From Mobula hypostoma (lineage: Eukaryota), in assembly GCF_963921235.1 (NCBI RefSeq), contig NC_086107.1, positions 112,966,001-113,030,000 on the forward strand: 64,000 nucleotides of DNA. The letters are read 5' to 3'. The notes beneath the pieces were generated by a model that saw nothing but the letters and a program-made list of their open reading frames with translations, searched no databases and was not told the origin of the DNA. Of the stretch, positions 26,403-38,700 are shown in pieces (within the stretch, counting starts at the first letter, position 1; the number at the start of each line of letters is the position of its first letter). Made by a program: the position numbers and the translations under genes.

Positions 26403-29229
26403 TTTGGGGGGGGGGGTCACAATCAAAAATTTGCAATGCAGACAACACACAGAACATATCAATTATACCAGACAATGAAGGAGAAAAAAAGATTGTCAAA
26501 ACAAGCCATTAGTACCAGAAAAAAAAACACACACACACAATGAGGGACAACTCCGCCTGCAGAATCTTTAGAGGCCCTACGTTTCACTAGCACTTTCTGC
26601 TTTTAGTTCACTGAGATATTATTTTGCAGCTTGCGAGATGTCACCTTGCGCATTGATTTCCTCACGCCGTGGCCATGACTCTGACATAGAGTGAAGGAGG
26701 GGTGGAAAACCTGTGAAAACAAGGTATTTATTCACCAGCCCAGAGAGCTGGTTTAAATGGCTTCGAAGAGATTCAATAACTGATTAAATATTATCTTGTA
26801 GTTTATTAGACCCTGCAGAATCGGCTGCAGCGCCCTCACGTTGAAACGGTGACCGGACTGTTGGCTGTAAGGCGATTTGGGATGTTTAAAATACGCCACA
26901 GAAAAACACGGCGTTTTGTTAAACTCGGGGGTTATCCGGCAACATCTCTCTCTCCCCCTCTCCCTTCTGTGCGTGTGGGTTTCTCTCTCGCTTTTTCTCT
27001 CCCCCATCTCTCTCTTTCTCTACCTCACTCTCTCCCTCTCTCTCTCCGTCTTCCTCTCTTTCTCCCTCCCTATCTCTCTTCACTTCTTCCTCTCTCTCTC
27101 TCTCTTTCTCACACTCTCTTTGCCTCCCGTCAATACAAACAGGACCAGTTGCCCGTCTCGGGATAAAGTGGGGGACATAGTCAGCTGGCTAAAACAACTT
27201 CGAAGAGGACAGTCAGCAGATCAAAGACTGTTCCAATTCTCACATTTAAATTTAGATTATCTTCGACTCGCATCCTGGCGAAACTATTCTGAGTAACAGG
27301 CGCGATGATGATTCGCAATCCTTGCAATCACAAGCAGAGCGGTACTTAAGGAAACAGTTGCTGTCTTACTTGTAACTCCTGGGGCGCAGAAGGGTACTGT
27401 GCTTTGATTGTTTTTCTGAGGTTGTTCGGAGCGAGTTTGCTGTTTTCCTTCTCGGGAGAGTCTGTGAGGGGTCTGGGGTTGTACTGAGTTATAGACAGGC
27501 GGAAGTGGGTGGGAATGAAACAACTTCAGCCTCGGTGGTTTAAGGACAGTCAGAGAAGGGCAGGCAATGGAATAGTTTAGAAAGTTGATGGCTGGGAGCG
27601 TTAGGAGCTTATAAAAATCAGGGGCAACTTTCCAGAAAAAAAGTTCACCTAAAGTTACTTTAAAGAGACGTAGTAAGTACTTTTGAAAGAACAAAACTCA
27701 TAAAAAGCGGAAAAAAATTACAAAAATGTATACAAAGAATTTGAATATTTGGGTATATGTTCAGAACAAGCAAGATGTTAATGAGAAGATTTAGGGAGGT
27801 TCAAGTTTTGAGGAATTGTTTATTTTCGTGCAAACGGGCTCGGAATTTCAATGTTTACACTGTGGGGAGCGGGATTTTATTCTCGGGTCCCGTCCATATC
27901 GTTAATTTCTGGAATTTGGCGGGTATTTAATATGCGAATGGAAAATAGACATTCATCTGCCCGCCAATAAATTCACCCTAGCTTATTTAAATATAAAAAC
28001 CTACCATTTTATCCTAAATCATCCATTAAATTATGTCAACACACGAAGTACAAACAACGGGGAATACTAATTAACCACAAGGAGACGCCGTTTGTTTTCT
28101 TTCTTCCTGCTCTGTTTTATTTTCCCGCTTTCCTTTGACCCACTTTCCTTCCCCGAGGAATCTCCCTCTTGCATGATTCAACACTAATTATCATCAGTTT
28201 TCCCCTTTCCATTCCCTCCTCACATTCCATCTGCTATTACTTCCCGTTAAATTCCTTAGCTATATTCCTTCCCCCTTCTCTAATTCTCCTGCCCCCCATC
28301 CCCTTTTCCCTTCCAAAATTCATCACTCTTTCTCTCAGCTGCAGAGAGTTGTAAACTCAGCTAACTCCACCATAGGCACTAGCATCCCGAGCACCCAGGA
28401 CACTTTCAAAAGACGATGCCTCAAAAAGGCATCCATCATTAAGGACCCCCATCTCCCAGGACGTGCCGTCTTCTCATTGCTAGCATCAGGGAGGAGATAC
28501 AGGAGCCTGAAGACACACACTCAATGATTCAGGAACAGCTTCTTCCCCTCCATCCTCAGATTTCTGAATGGACAATAAACCCAGAGTTCAAAGTACATTT
28601 TATCAAAGTACGTACGTGTCACCACATACAACCGTGAAATTCATCTTCCCGTCAGCAAATCTATAGAACAGGAACTCTAACAGGACCAATGCAAGATCAA
28701 CCAGAGTACAGAAGACAACAAACTGTGCAAATACAAATATAAATAAATAGCAATAAATAACGAGATCATGAGATCTTAAAGTGAGATCATTGGTTGTGGG
28801 AACATCTCAAAGGATGGGCAATTGACTGTAGTTATCCCCTTTTGTTCAAGAGCCTGACGGTTGAGGGGTAGTAACTGTTCCTGAACCTGGTGGTGTCCAT
28901 GAACACTACCTTATTATTTTTTCTTTCCTTTTGCACTACTTACTTATCTTTTTTTAAAGATATACTTATTGTAATTTTAGTTTTATTGTAATAAACTCCA
29001 AGGTACTGCTTCCATCAAACGACAAATTTCACGATATTAAACCTTATTCCGATCCATTTCCTAATTCTTCTCCCATCCCACGTTCTCCCAGTTCCCGACT
29101 GTATCTGCCGACGTGTCGGTCCTGAACATCAATAATTCCTTCCCTCCCACAGAAGCTACTCGCCCCACTGGGTTCCTCCAGCAGGTTATTGCTTCAGATT
29201 CCAGCACCTGTAGTATCTGTAGCACCTAG

Positions 29230-29265
29230 AGTCCTGACGAAGGGTCTCGGCCCGAAACGTTGACT
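29230..29265 (+). ncRNA. Minimal type I hammerhead ribozyme motif (GUU site)
   Basis: agtc-CTGACGA-a-GGGT-ctcg-GCCC-GAAA-CG-TT^-gact. Confidence 0.75.
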
Positions 29266-29787
29266 GTACCTCTTCCTAGAGATGCTGCCTGGCCTGCTGC
29301 GTTCACCAGCAACTTTGATGTGTGTTGCGTGAAATTCCAGCATCTGCAGATTTCCTCGTGTTTACCTGTAGTATCTCGTGTCTTCTAATTGCATGTCTTT
29401 CCTAATTACCATTCTCCTCCCATTCTCTATTCTGTTCTTAGGCCATTTAGAACGGAGTTGAGGAAAAACTTTTTCACCCAGAGAGTGGTGGATATATGGA
29501 ATGCTCTGCCCCAGAAGGCTGTGGAGGCCAAGTCTCTGGATGCTTTCAAGAAAGAGATGGATAGAGCTCTTAAAGATAGTGGAATCAAAGGTTATGAGGA
29601 TAAGGCAGGAACTGGATACTGATTATGGATGATCAGCCATGATCACAGTGAATGGCGGTGCTGGCTCGAAGGGCCGAATGGCCTACTCCTGCACCTATTG
29701 TCTGATTGCTGCCTTGTCATGGCCTGTGACCGTTCGTCCCCTCACGTCTCTGATGGCTCTCCGCTCTCTATCTCTGACACGTTGAGT

Positions 29788-29818
29788 AGTGGCGCCACCT
29801 GCTGCTTCCATGGTGCAA
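29788..29818 (-). promoter_or_regulatory. Candidate CTCF site
   Basis: Minus strand reads TTGCAccatggaaGCAGCAGGTGGCGCCact, close to the CTCF core consensus with an upstream TGCA module. Confidence 0.55.
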
Positions 29819-30134
29819 CTCAACGGCGACTTCCCGCCGCACATGCGCAGTGATGCAGACGCAGATTCTTCTCCTTGGCACATGCGCACTCTCACTCAAT
29901 CTCCCGATTAAGAGACACAGGAGGTGCTGCAAATCCACAGCAACGCACACAGAGTGCTGTCAGGTAGTATCTCTAGAAATGAATAAAAAGTCGACATTTA
30001 GGAATCCCTTCAGGAAAGGAAGGGGGAAAACGCCAGAATAATCTCCCAATAATACCTTTTTTATACATACAATGTAGTTCAAAGTACTTTTCAATGAGAT
30101 AAAGCTAATGGCGCATAAGCAATACTACACGGGG

Positions 30135-30607
<473 letters not shown>

Positions 30608-31301
30608 TGAGTATCGTAGGTGCGGGTGTGGGCCCGAGGCGCCGACTCTCTGCTGTGGGGCTGCGGCTGCGGGCTAGGTGTGTAATTCTCCAGCACCCAG
30701 TGGAGCGCGGGGCAGACAGGAGCACAGATCGAATGTTTCTGCTGCCGGGGTCCAGCGTGACTGCATACCCCTGAGACAATTATACCCAAAAATAGTGACA
30801 ATGTGCTCTCGCCGCGACTGCATAAACTAAAGTCAGGCTGATAAATCTAGGGGCAACTAGATGGAACTAGTTGGGCTAACTAACTGAGTACTACTGACAC
30901 GGCCTGTTGCTGACGAAATGTTTTCATCTTTGCTGCCAATTTCTACCTCGCTTTCACTCTCACCTGGTCCTTTGCCTCCTCCCAGGCAGCTTCATTGAAG
31001 GTGGAAATAAGACTTTGTTAATCAATAATTGAGTCTTTGAGTATCTTGAAGGTGGAGATACCTTTGTACCACATATGGAAGAATGAATTTTAGATTACTA
31101 TCATTGTGAACTGAAAAGTAGGTAGATTGTGAGGGAGTATAGGCTACGTATATCCCCATTTAAGTGGAAATCCACGTGGTCACATGAATAACATATAAAC
31201 TCCTTACACGTGGTGCTCGAATTGAACTCTGAACTGCAGAATGCCCTGAGCTGTTAGAGGATCGCCCTAACTGCTACACTACCCGGCTTGTCATTGGCAT
31301 A

Positions 31302-34300
31302 ATCATAGAAAAGTACAGCACAGAAACAGGCCCTTCAGCCCACCTTGTCTGTGCTGAATCATTTAAACTTCCTTCTCCCATAGACCTGCACTCAGACTTC
31401 AGCCCTCTATACTCCTGCCATCCATGTACCCATCCAAACTTCTTGTAAACATTGAAACTGCATCCATGACTTGTGCTGGCAGCTCATTCCACACACTCAC
31501 CACCCTCTGAGTGAAGTTGTTCCCCCTCGTGTTCCCCTTAAACATTTCACCTTTTGCCCTTAACCCCTGACATCTAGTTGTAGTCTCTCACAACCTCAGT
31601 GGAAAAAGCGTGCTTGCATTTACCCTATCTATATCTGTCATAATTTTGTATACCTCTATCAAATCTCCCCTCTATCTTCTACATTCTGGGGAATAAAGTT
31701 CTAATCTATTCAATTTTGCCTTATAACTCAGGTCCTCCAGGCCCAGCAACATCCTTGTAAACTTTCTCTGTACTCTTTCAATCTTGTTTGCATCTTTCCT
31801 GTAGGTAGGTAACCAGAACTGCACACAGAACTTCAAAATTTGGCCTCACCAGCATGTACAACTTCAGCATAACCTCCCAACTCCTGCATTCAGTACTTTG
31901 ATCTGTGAAGGTTAATCTGCCAAAAGCTCTTTATGACCCAATCTGCCTGTGACCCACTTCCAAGGAATTATGGATCTGTTTTTCCAGATTGTTCTGCCAA
32001 ACTCCTTATTGCCCAACTGTTCACTGTGTAAATCCTACCCTGGTTTGTCCTCCCAAAGTGCAACATCTCACTTTGTGTCCATTAAGTTTCATCTGCCATT
32101 TTTCAGCCCATTTTTCCTGCTGCAAGCCATGATGGGTTTCCCCCCCTCCCCCTTTTCCTTCTCCCTGGGCCTCCTGTCCCATGATCCTCTTGTATCCCTT
32201 TTGCTAATCACCTGTCCAGCTCTTGACTCCATCCCTCCCCCTCCTGTCTTCTATCAATTTGGATCTCCCCCTCCCCCTCCCACTTTCAAATCTCTTACCA
32301 GCTCTTCCTTCAGTTAGTCCTGACGAAAGGTCTCGGCCTGAAACGTCGACTGTACCCCTTGCTAGAGATGCTGCGTTCACCAGCAACTTTTATGTGTGTT
32401 GCTTGAATTTCCAGCATCGGCAGAATTCCTCGTGTTCTCCTTCACCTTGTCTGCTAGAGCAACCTCATCCCTTTTAGGCCTCTTGATTTTTTTTTTCCTT
32501 AGGTATTTACATACATTTCTTGTACTCCAAGTACCTCATTTGTTCCTGCCTGCCTATACCTGCTGTGAACCTTTTTTTAAACCCTCTATCTCTGGAAAAT
32601 CAAGGTTCCCTAGACCTCTTATCCTTGCTTTTTATTCTGACAGGCACATACACTTTGTTCTCTCAAAATTCCACTTCTGAAGGGCCTCCCACTTTCCAAG
32701 TACACCTTTGTCAGAAAACAGCCTGTCCCAATCCATACTTGCCAGATCCTTTCTGAAACCACCGAAATTGGCCTTTCTCCAATTAGAATTTCAACCTGCG
32801 GACCAGACTTACCTTTTTCTATATTTATCTTGAAACTAATGGCATTATGATCATTAGATGCAGTGTTTCCCTACATAAACTTGTCACCTGCCCTGTCTCA
32901 TTCCCTAATAGATCAAGTATCGTACACTTCTATGTACTGATTGAGGAAACTTTGCTGAACACATCTAGTCCTTTTACAGTGTGGGAGTCCCAGTCTATTA
33001 ATATGTGGAAAGTTAAAATCACCTACTACCACAGCCTTGTGTTTCATTGAACAGTCTGTGATCTCTGCAAATTTGTTCCTCTAAATTCTGCAGACTGTTG
33101 GGTGGTCTATGATATAGCCCCATTAAAGTGCTCGTACCTTTCCTATTCCACAGTTCCACCTGGAAAGCCTCACTAGATGAGTTTTTCAGTTTGTCCTGAC
33201 TGAGAACTGCTGTGACATTTTCCCTGACTTGTAATGCCACCCCTCTTCCCTTAATCCCCACTGCTCTATCATGTCTAAATCAATGGAACCCTGGAATATT
33301 GAACTGCCAGCCCTGGCCCCCCTCCAACCAAATCTCAGTAATGGCTACAATATCATAATTCCATGTGTTGATCCATGCCCTGGAGCTCATCTGCCTTTCC
33401 GACAATACACTTTGTATTGAGATACGTATACACAACTCAAAACATTAGTCCCACCACACTTAACCTTTTGATTGTTGACTCTGTCTGAGGCCTTAACATC
33501 TGTGTCCACAATCTCTCCACTATATGTTCCAGCACTCTGGTTTAAACTCCCTACAACTGTAGTTTAAACCCCATCGTAAAGTACTAGCAAACCTTCCCGC
33601 TAGGATATTAGTCCCCCTCCAGTTTAGATGCAACTTGTCTCTTCTGTACAGAAAGAAAGCACAATAACCCAAAAATCTGAAGCTCTCCCTCCAACACCAA
33701 CTCCTTAAATTATATGATCTTCCTGTTTCTGGCCTCACTAGCATGTGGCATGGGTAGCAATCCTGAGATCACAACCCTGGAGGTCCTGCCCTTTAACTTA
33801 GCATCTAACTCCCTGAACTCGCTTTGCAGAACCTCACCCCGCTTCCTACCCATGTCATTGGTGCCTATTTGGACCATGGCCTCTGGCTGCTCACCTTCCC
33901 AAATAAGAATGCTGGTCTCAATCTGAGATGTCGTGGACCCTGGGACCTGGGAAGAAACGCACCATCTGGAATCCTGTTCTCGTCCACAGAACCTCCTTTC
34001 TGTTTCCTTAACTAACGAATCTCCTGTTACCACAGCTCACCCTGAGCCACAGAGCCAGACTCAGTGCCAGTAACCTGACCACTGTGACTTTCCTCTGTTT
34101 GGTCATCCCTACACAATAGTATCCGAAGTGGTATTTTGTTGTTGAGGGGGATGGTCACAGGGGTACTCTGCACTGGCAGTTTAACCCCTTTCAGCCTCCT
34201 GACTCTCACAGTTTCTTTTGTCCTGTATCTTGGGTGTACTGCCTCTAAAATAGTCTGTCTTTCATCCCTTCAGCTTCCAGAATGAAGGTTCATCCAGCTC

Positions 34301-34700
34301 CAGCTCCTAAACATGGATTGTTAGAAGCTGCAGCTGGAGGCACTCCTTGCAGGTGAAATGGTAAGGGACACTGGCGGTCTCCCTGCCTTTCCACATCGTG
34401 CAAGAGAAGCATTCAGCTCTCCTGCCTGGCATCCCTGCTGCTCTAACTGTAATTATAAAGAAGGAAATAGTAAATAACCTGTAGAAAGAATACATTATCT
34501 GCAGCTTTTCGTCTTCTCTCACTCAAGCCTTTGCTCGCTGAAGCCTTGAAGAACTAAAGCCTCAAAATCTCCACTCCATTTGCCCCTGCCTTACTTTAAT
34601 TTGCCCTTGTTATTGAATCCCAGCCTCTGACCGCTGTTCAAACGCTGAAACTCCTGAAAAGCTCTGCCTTTTAATGCACATTTGTCACTCCTTACTCCCC
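31302..34700 (-). mobile_element. Old degraded CR1 LINE (ORF1 and partial ORF2) in the POLR2L intron
   Basis: GDSLV, IGTND, LHLN.RGTNILA and ECFSC..W motifs; interrupted by a Penelope-like repeat at ~32130-32434. Confidence 0.75.
32316..32351 (+). ncRNA. Minimal type I hammerhead ribozyme motif, sense in the POLR2L intron
   Basis: agtc-CTGACGA-a-AGGT-ctcg-GCCT-GAAA-CG-TC^-gact; the first stem II pair is A-U instead of G-C. Confidence 0.75.
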
Positions 34701-36860
34701 ATCTCTGACTGGCCGTTGTTCAAACGCTGTCGGATTTATTCTGATAGTACCTCTTTCCACACCAGTGCTTTGGCGTAGCTGCTTGTTTTTCTGACTGTTG
34801 GGTAGCTTCTTGTTTTTCTCTTCCCTTTTTCATCCGAATACGAGTTTAAGGATTAATCGCTTGGCCTCCCGGGTTTAAAATTGAGTTTCAGATAAATCTT
34901 TATTTCACATTTGCAGATTTATTTGTTGTCTATCATAGTGTTACAGAAACAGGCCCTTAGGCCTATCTAGTCTGTGTTAACCTATCTGTAGTCCCTGGAC
35001 CATATCCTACCATACTCCTACCACCCATGGACTGGAACACATTCCTCTTGAGATGTTGCTATTGAACCTGCATCAACCACATCTACTGGCAGCTCATTCC
35101 ACACTCGCACCAAGCTCCCCCTCAGGTATTTTACCTTTCACCCTTAACTATGTCCTCTAGTCTCATCTAATCTCAGTGGAAAAAGTCTGTTGCTCATAAT
35201 TTTGTATACTTCTATCAAATCTCTCATTCTCCTACGCTCCAGGAAGTAAAGTCCTAACCTATTCAACCTTTTCCTATCATTGAAGTCCTGGTAACATCCT
35301 TGTAAAATTTCTCCACTCTTTCAATGTTATTGATATCTTTCCTGTAGATAGGCGACCAGAGCTACTCCAAATTTGGACTCACCAATGTCTTCATGATAAC
35401 ACCCCAACTCCAGTGTTCATTACTGTGTGCCAAGAGTTCTCTCTCTGACCTGACAAAGATCATAAGATAAAGGAATAGTATTAGGCCATTTGGCGAATTA
35501 AGTCATGGCTGATCCTTCGTTCCGTTAATCAGCACCACTGCCCAGCTCTCTCATAACCTTTGAATACATGACCAATCAAGAACCTATCAATCTCTGCCTT
35601 AAGTACACCCAATGACCTGGCCTCCACAGCTGCCTGCGATAACAAATTCCACAAATTCACCACCCTCTCGCTAAAGAAATTCTCCACATCTGTTTTAAAT
35701 GGACGCCCCTGAGGCTGTGCCCTCCTGTCCTAGACTCCCTCACCATGGGAAACATCCTTTCTACATCTACTGTCTAGGCCTTTCAACATTTGAAAGGTTT
35801 CATTGAGATATACCCTCATTCTTCTAAATTTCAGCGAGTACAGACCCAGAGCCATCAAACGTTCCTCCTGTGATATCCTTTTCATGCCCATTTCATAGCT
35901 TTTGAGGAATTATGGATATGGGTTCCCAAATCAATCAGGTTTATTACCACTGGTATGTGTCGTGAAATTTAGCTTAGCAGCAGCAGTTCAATACAATACA
36001 TAATATAGAAGAAGAAAAATAATAATTGAATGTGTTAAAAAATTGTGCAAAAAAAAACAATATATATTAAAGTGAGGTAATGTTCATGGGTTCACTGTCC
36101 ATTTAGCAATCTGATGGTAAATCAACCTCCAACTTGATAGTAACAGTGAGAAAAGGGCATGCCCTGAGTGCTGGAGGTCCTTGATGATTGATGCTGCCTT
36201 TCTGAGACACTACTCCTTGAAGATGTCCTGGGTACTTTGTTCTACTACATTGGTCAGGGTCCTACCACTTACCATTTCAGTCCTACCCTGGATTTTCCTC
36301 CCAGAGTGCAACACCTCACTCTTGTCTGCATTAAATTTCTTCTGCCACTTTTCCAGCTGGTCCAGATCCCACTGCAAGCTTTGGTCATTGTCCACTGCAT
36401 CCCAATTTGGGTGTCATCTGCAAATCTGCTGATCCAGTTTACCACAGTATAGTCCAGATCATTAATGTGGATGTCAAACAGCAATGGATTCAGCCATTTA
36501 TTTGCCTTTTACAGACTTTCCCGTGGGTAGAACATTTTGAATTCCTCCTACCTTCCCTTCTCAGTACTTGAGAGAGTATGACTATAATTGTTGGGAATGT
36601 CTTAAATTGATTCCACTTTGAGGAGCAATCAGGCTGGATTGTGTGGGTCTGCGCACTGTTGGGAGGCTGTAATGTCGGGTTGCAGGGCATGTCGCTCAGG
36701 GTCTGGACTGAGAGATTTTTTTTTTGCTCACTATTTTGAATGTTGTGATGTTTTGCACCTTGACCCCATCGGAATGCTGTGTTAGGTATGTATGGCTGAA
36801 TAATAACTAAACTTGGATTTGATTTGAATTTGATGTTCATGGTGTCTCATTTGTTTCCAG

Positions 36861-36969
36861 TGATGCTTTGGATGCATTGGGCCTGAAGCGATATTGCTGC
36901 AGACGGATGCTCCTCTCCCATGTTGACCTGATTGAGAAACTCCTGAACTATGCACCTTTGGAGAAGTGA
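36861..36969 (+). CDS. POLR2L: RPB10 coding exon 2 (to stop)
   Basis: Acceptor ttgtttccAG, then (G)[38 protein letters not shown]. Phase matches exon 1; 95+109=204 nt, giving 67 aa. Confidence 0.98.
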
Positions 36970-37115
36970 AATACCATGGGATTGTTGATCACAGTAATGG
37001 CAGAGTATTAGTCCAACCTCACTGGAGTTGATGGCCCAAATCTGCGTGGCGATCTAAAGACTGACTTGTATTTAATCTTATCGTTTCAGAGGACATTTTG
37101 CATTTGTGTATCCTG

Positions 37116-37121
37116 AATAAA
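37116..37121 (+). terminator. Candidate POLR2L polyadenylation signal AATAAA
   Basis: First AATAAA, ~150 nt after the stop, followed by T/GT-rich sequence. Confidence 0.65.
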
Positions 37122-38700
37122 ATGGATTTAATTTGAGTATTTGAATGACCATAAGTTTATTGGACTTTTGTTCTTTACTCCCTTGTTTCATTGAGTGAAG
37201 GGATGGAGTCAATCTCACCTGAAACACTGGACAAATGCAGCCGTGGTTGTTTGGAATCAGAATCAGGTTTAATATCACTGGCATGTGAAATGAAATTTGG
37301 TGTTTTGTGACAGCAGTACAATGCAATACCATAAAAACTATAATTTGCAATATGTAAAATTTTAGTACAAAAGGTGAGGGAAGAAATACTGAGGTAGCGT
37401 TCATGGGGGCAGTCAGTCCATTCAAAAATATGATGGCGGTGGGGAAGAAGCCGTTCCCAATCGTTGCATCTTCAGGCTCTTGTAGCACCTCCTTGATGGT
37501 AGCGATGAGAAGAGGGCATGTCCTGTCTGATGAGGGTTCTTAATGATGCTTTTTTTGAGGTATCGCATTTTGAAAGTGTCCTGGACGTTGAGGGGCTGAG
37601 TTACAACTTTCTGTAGCTTTTTCTGATCTTGTGCAGTGGGTCTCCATACTGGGCTGAGATGCAGTTAAAATGCTCTCTACACGTTTTCAGTTGTTCAGCT
37701 GTAGACTGCAGACTACTTGCAGTTAAAACGGCTTTGAACTGATGCTGCAGCAATGGCAAGGGAATTCAGGTGCTTGCCCAGAATGTTCACATTGTGACGG
37801 GATGAGTATTGTCTGGCTGCTTGTAAGAGGAGGAACCTCAAGGGTGTATAAGCTGTACATAGAGGTGCAAGAAAATCTTTGTGAACCTTTGCAATTACTG
37901 GTTTTGTTTTGCATTAATTATTCTGTGCTGAAGAGCAGTACTGACGGAAGGGGCCAGCCCCCAACCCAGCATGGACTCCAGTGTACCTGCCCTGCCTCTG
38001 CTCACTTCCACAGTCTCCGGTCTCTTGCCCCAGGTGGCTGTAAAAGGTGATGCTACAGCATGGGTCCGGTCTGCACAACAACTGAGGGCATGCCATCGGT
38101 GTCACCAATGAGCCAGTGAACTGGGTTTGCTAGATTCAATGTCCAACATGGTCTTGCAATCACAAGACACTCATTTCTAGTTTGTTGGACCACACACCAT
38201 CTGATGCCTTCCTCCCTGGGTAACTGCAGCTGGCAGCACAGTATGCAAGCAGTCCAGCTCCACTGCTATCAAGCAACTTGCAAGTAGGGTACTTAATATT
38301 CCTACTATCCAACAAAATAATTACACCTCATTTTGGATTCAGAGAGGCTGCTACATCTGCATGCACTGCCATCTTCAATGACACCAAGAAAAAAAATGGT
38401 GCTCAACTATTTGTAGTAGGGAACATCTGGAGTGATGATGCTTCACACCTGGATAAGATGCTTCACTATTGATCTGAAATGGTAACTTTATTGGGTGACT
38501 ATTTCAGATTTCAAGCATCATGATGTACACAATGGCTGATGTGTATTAAGACAATAAGACATAGGAGCAGAATTAGGTTATTTAATTTGAGTCTGCTCTG
38601 CCATTTCATCATAGAAACATAGAAAATAGGTGCAGGAGTAGGCCATTCGGCCCTTTGAGCCTGCACCACCATTTATTATGATCATGGCTGATCATCCAAC

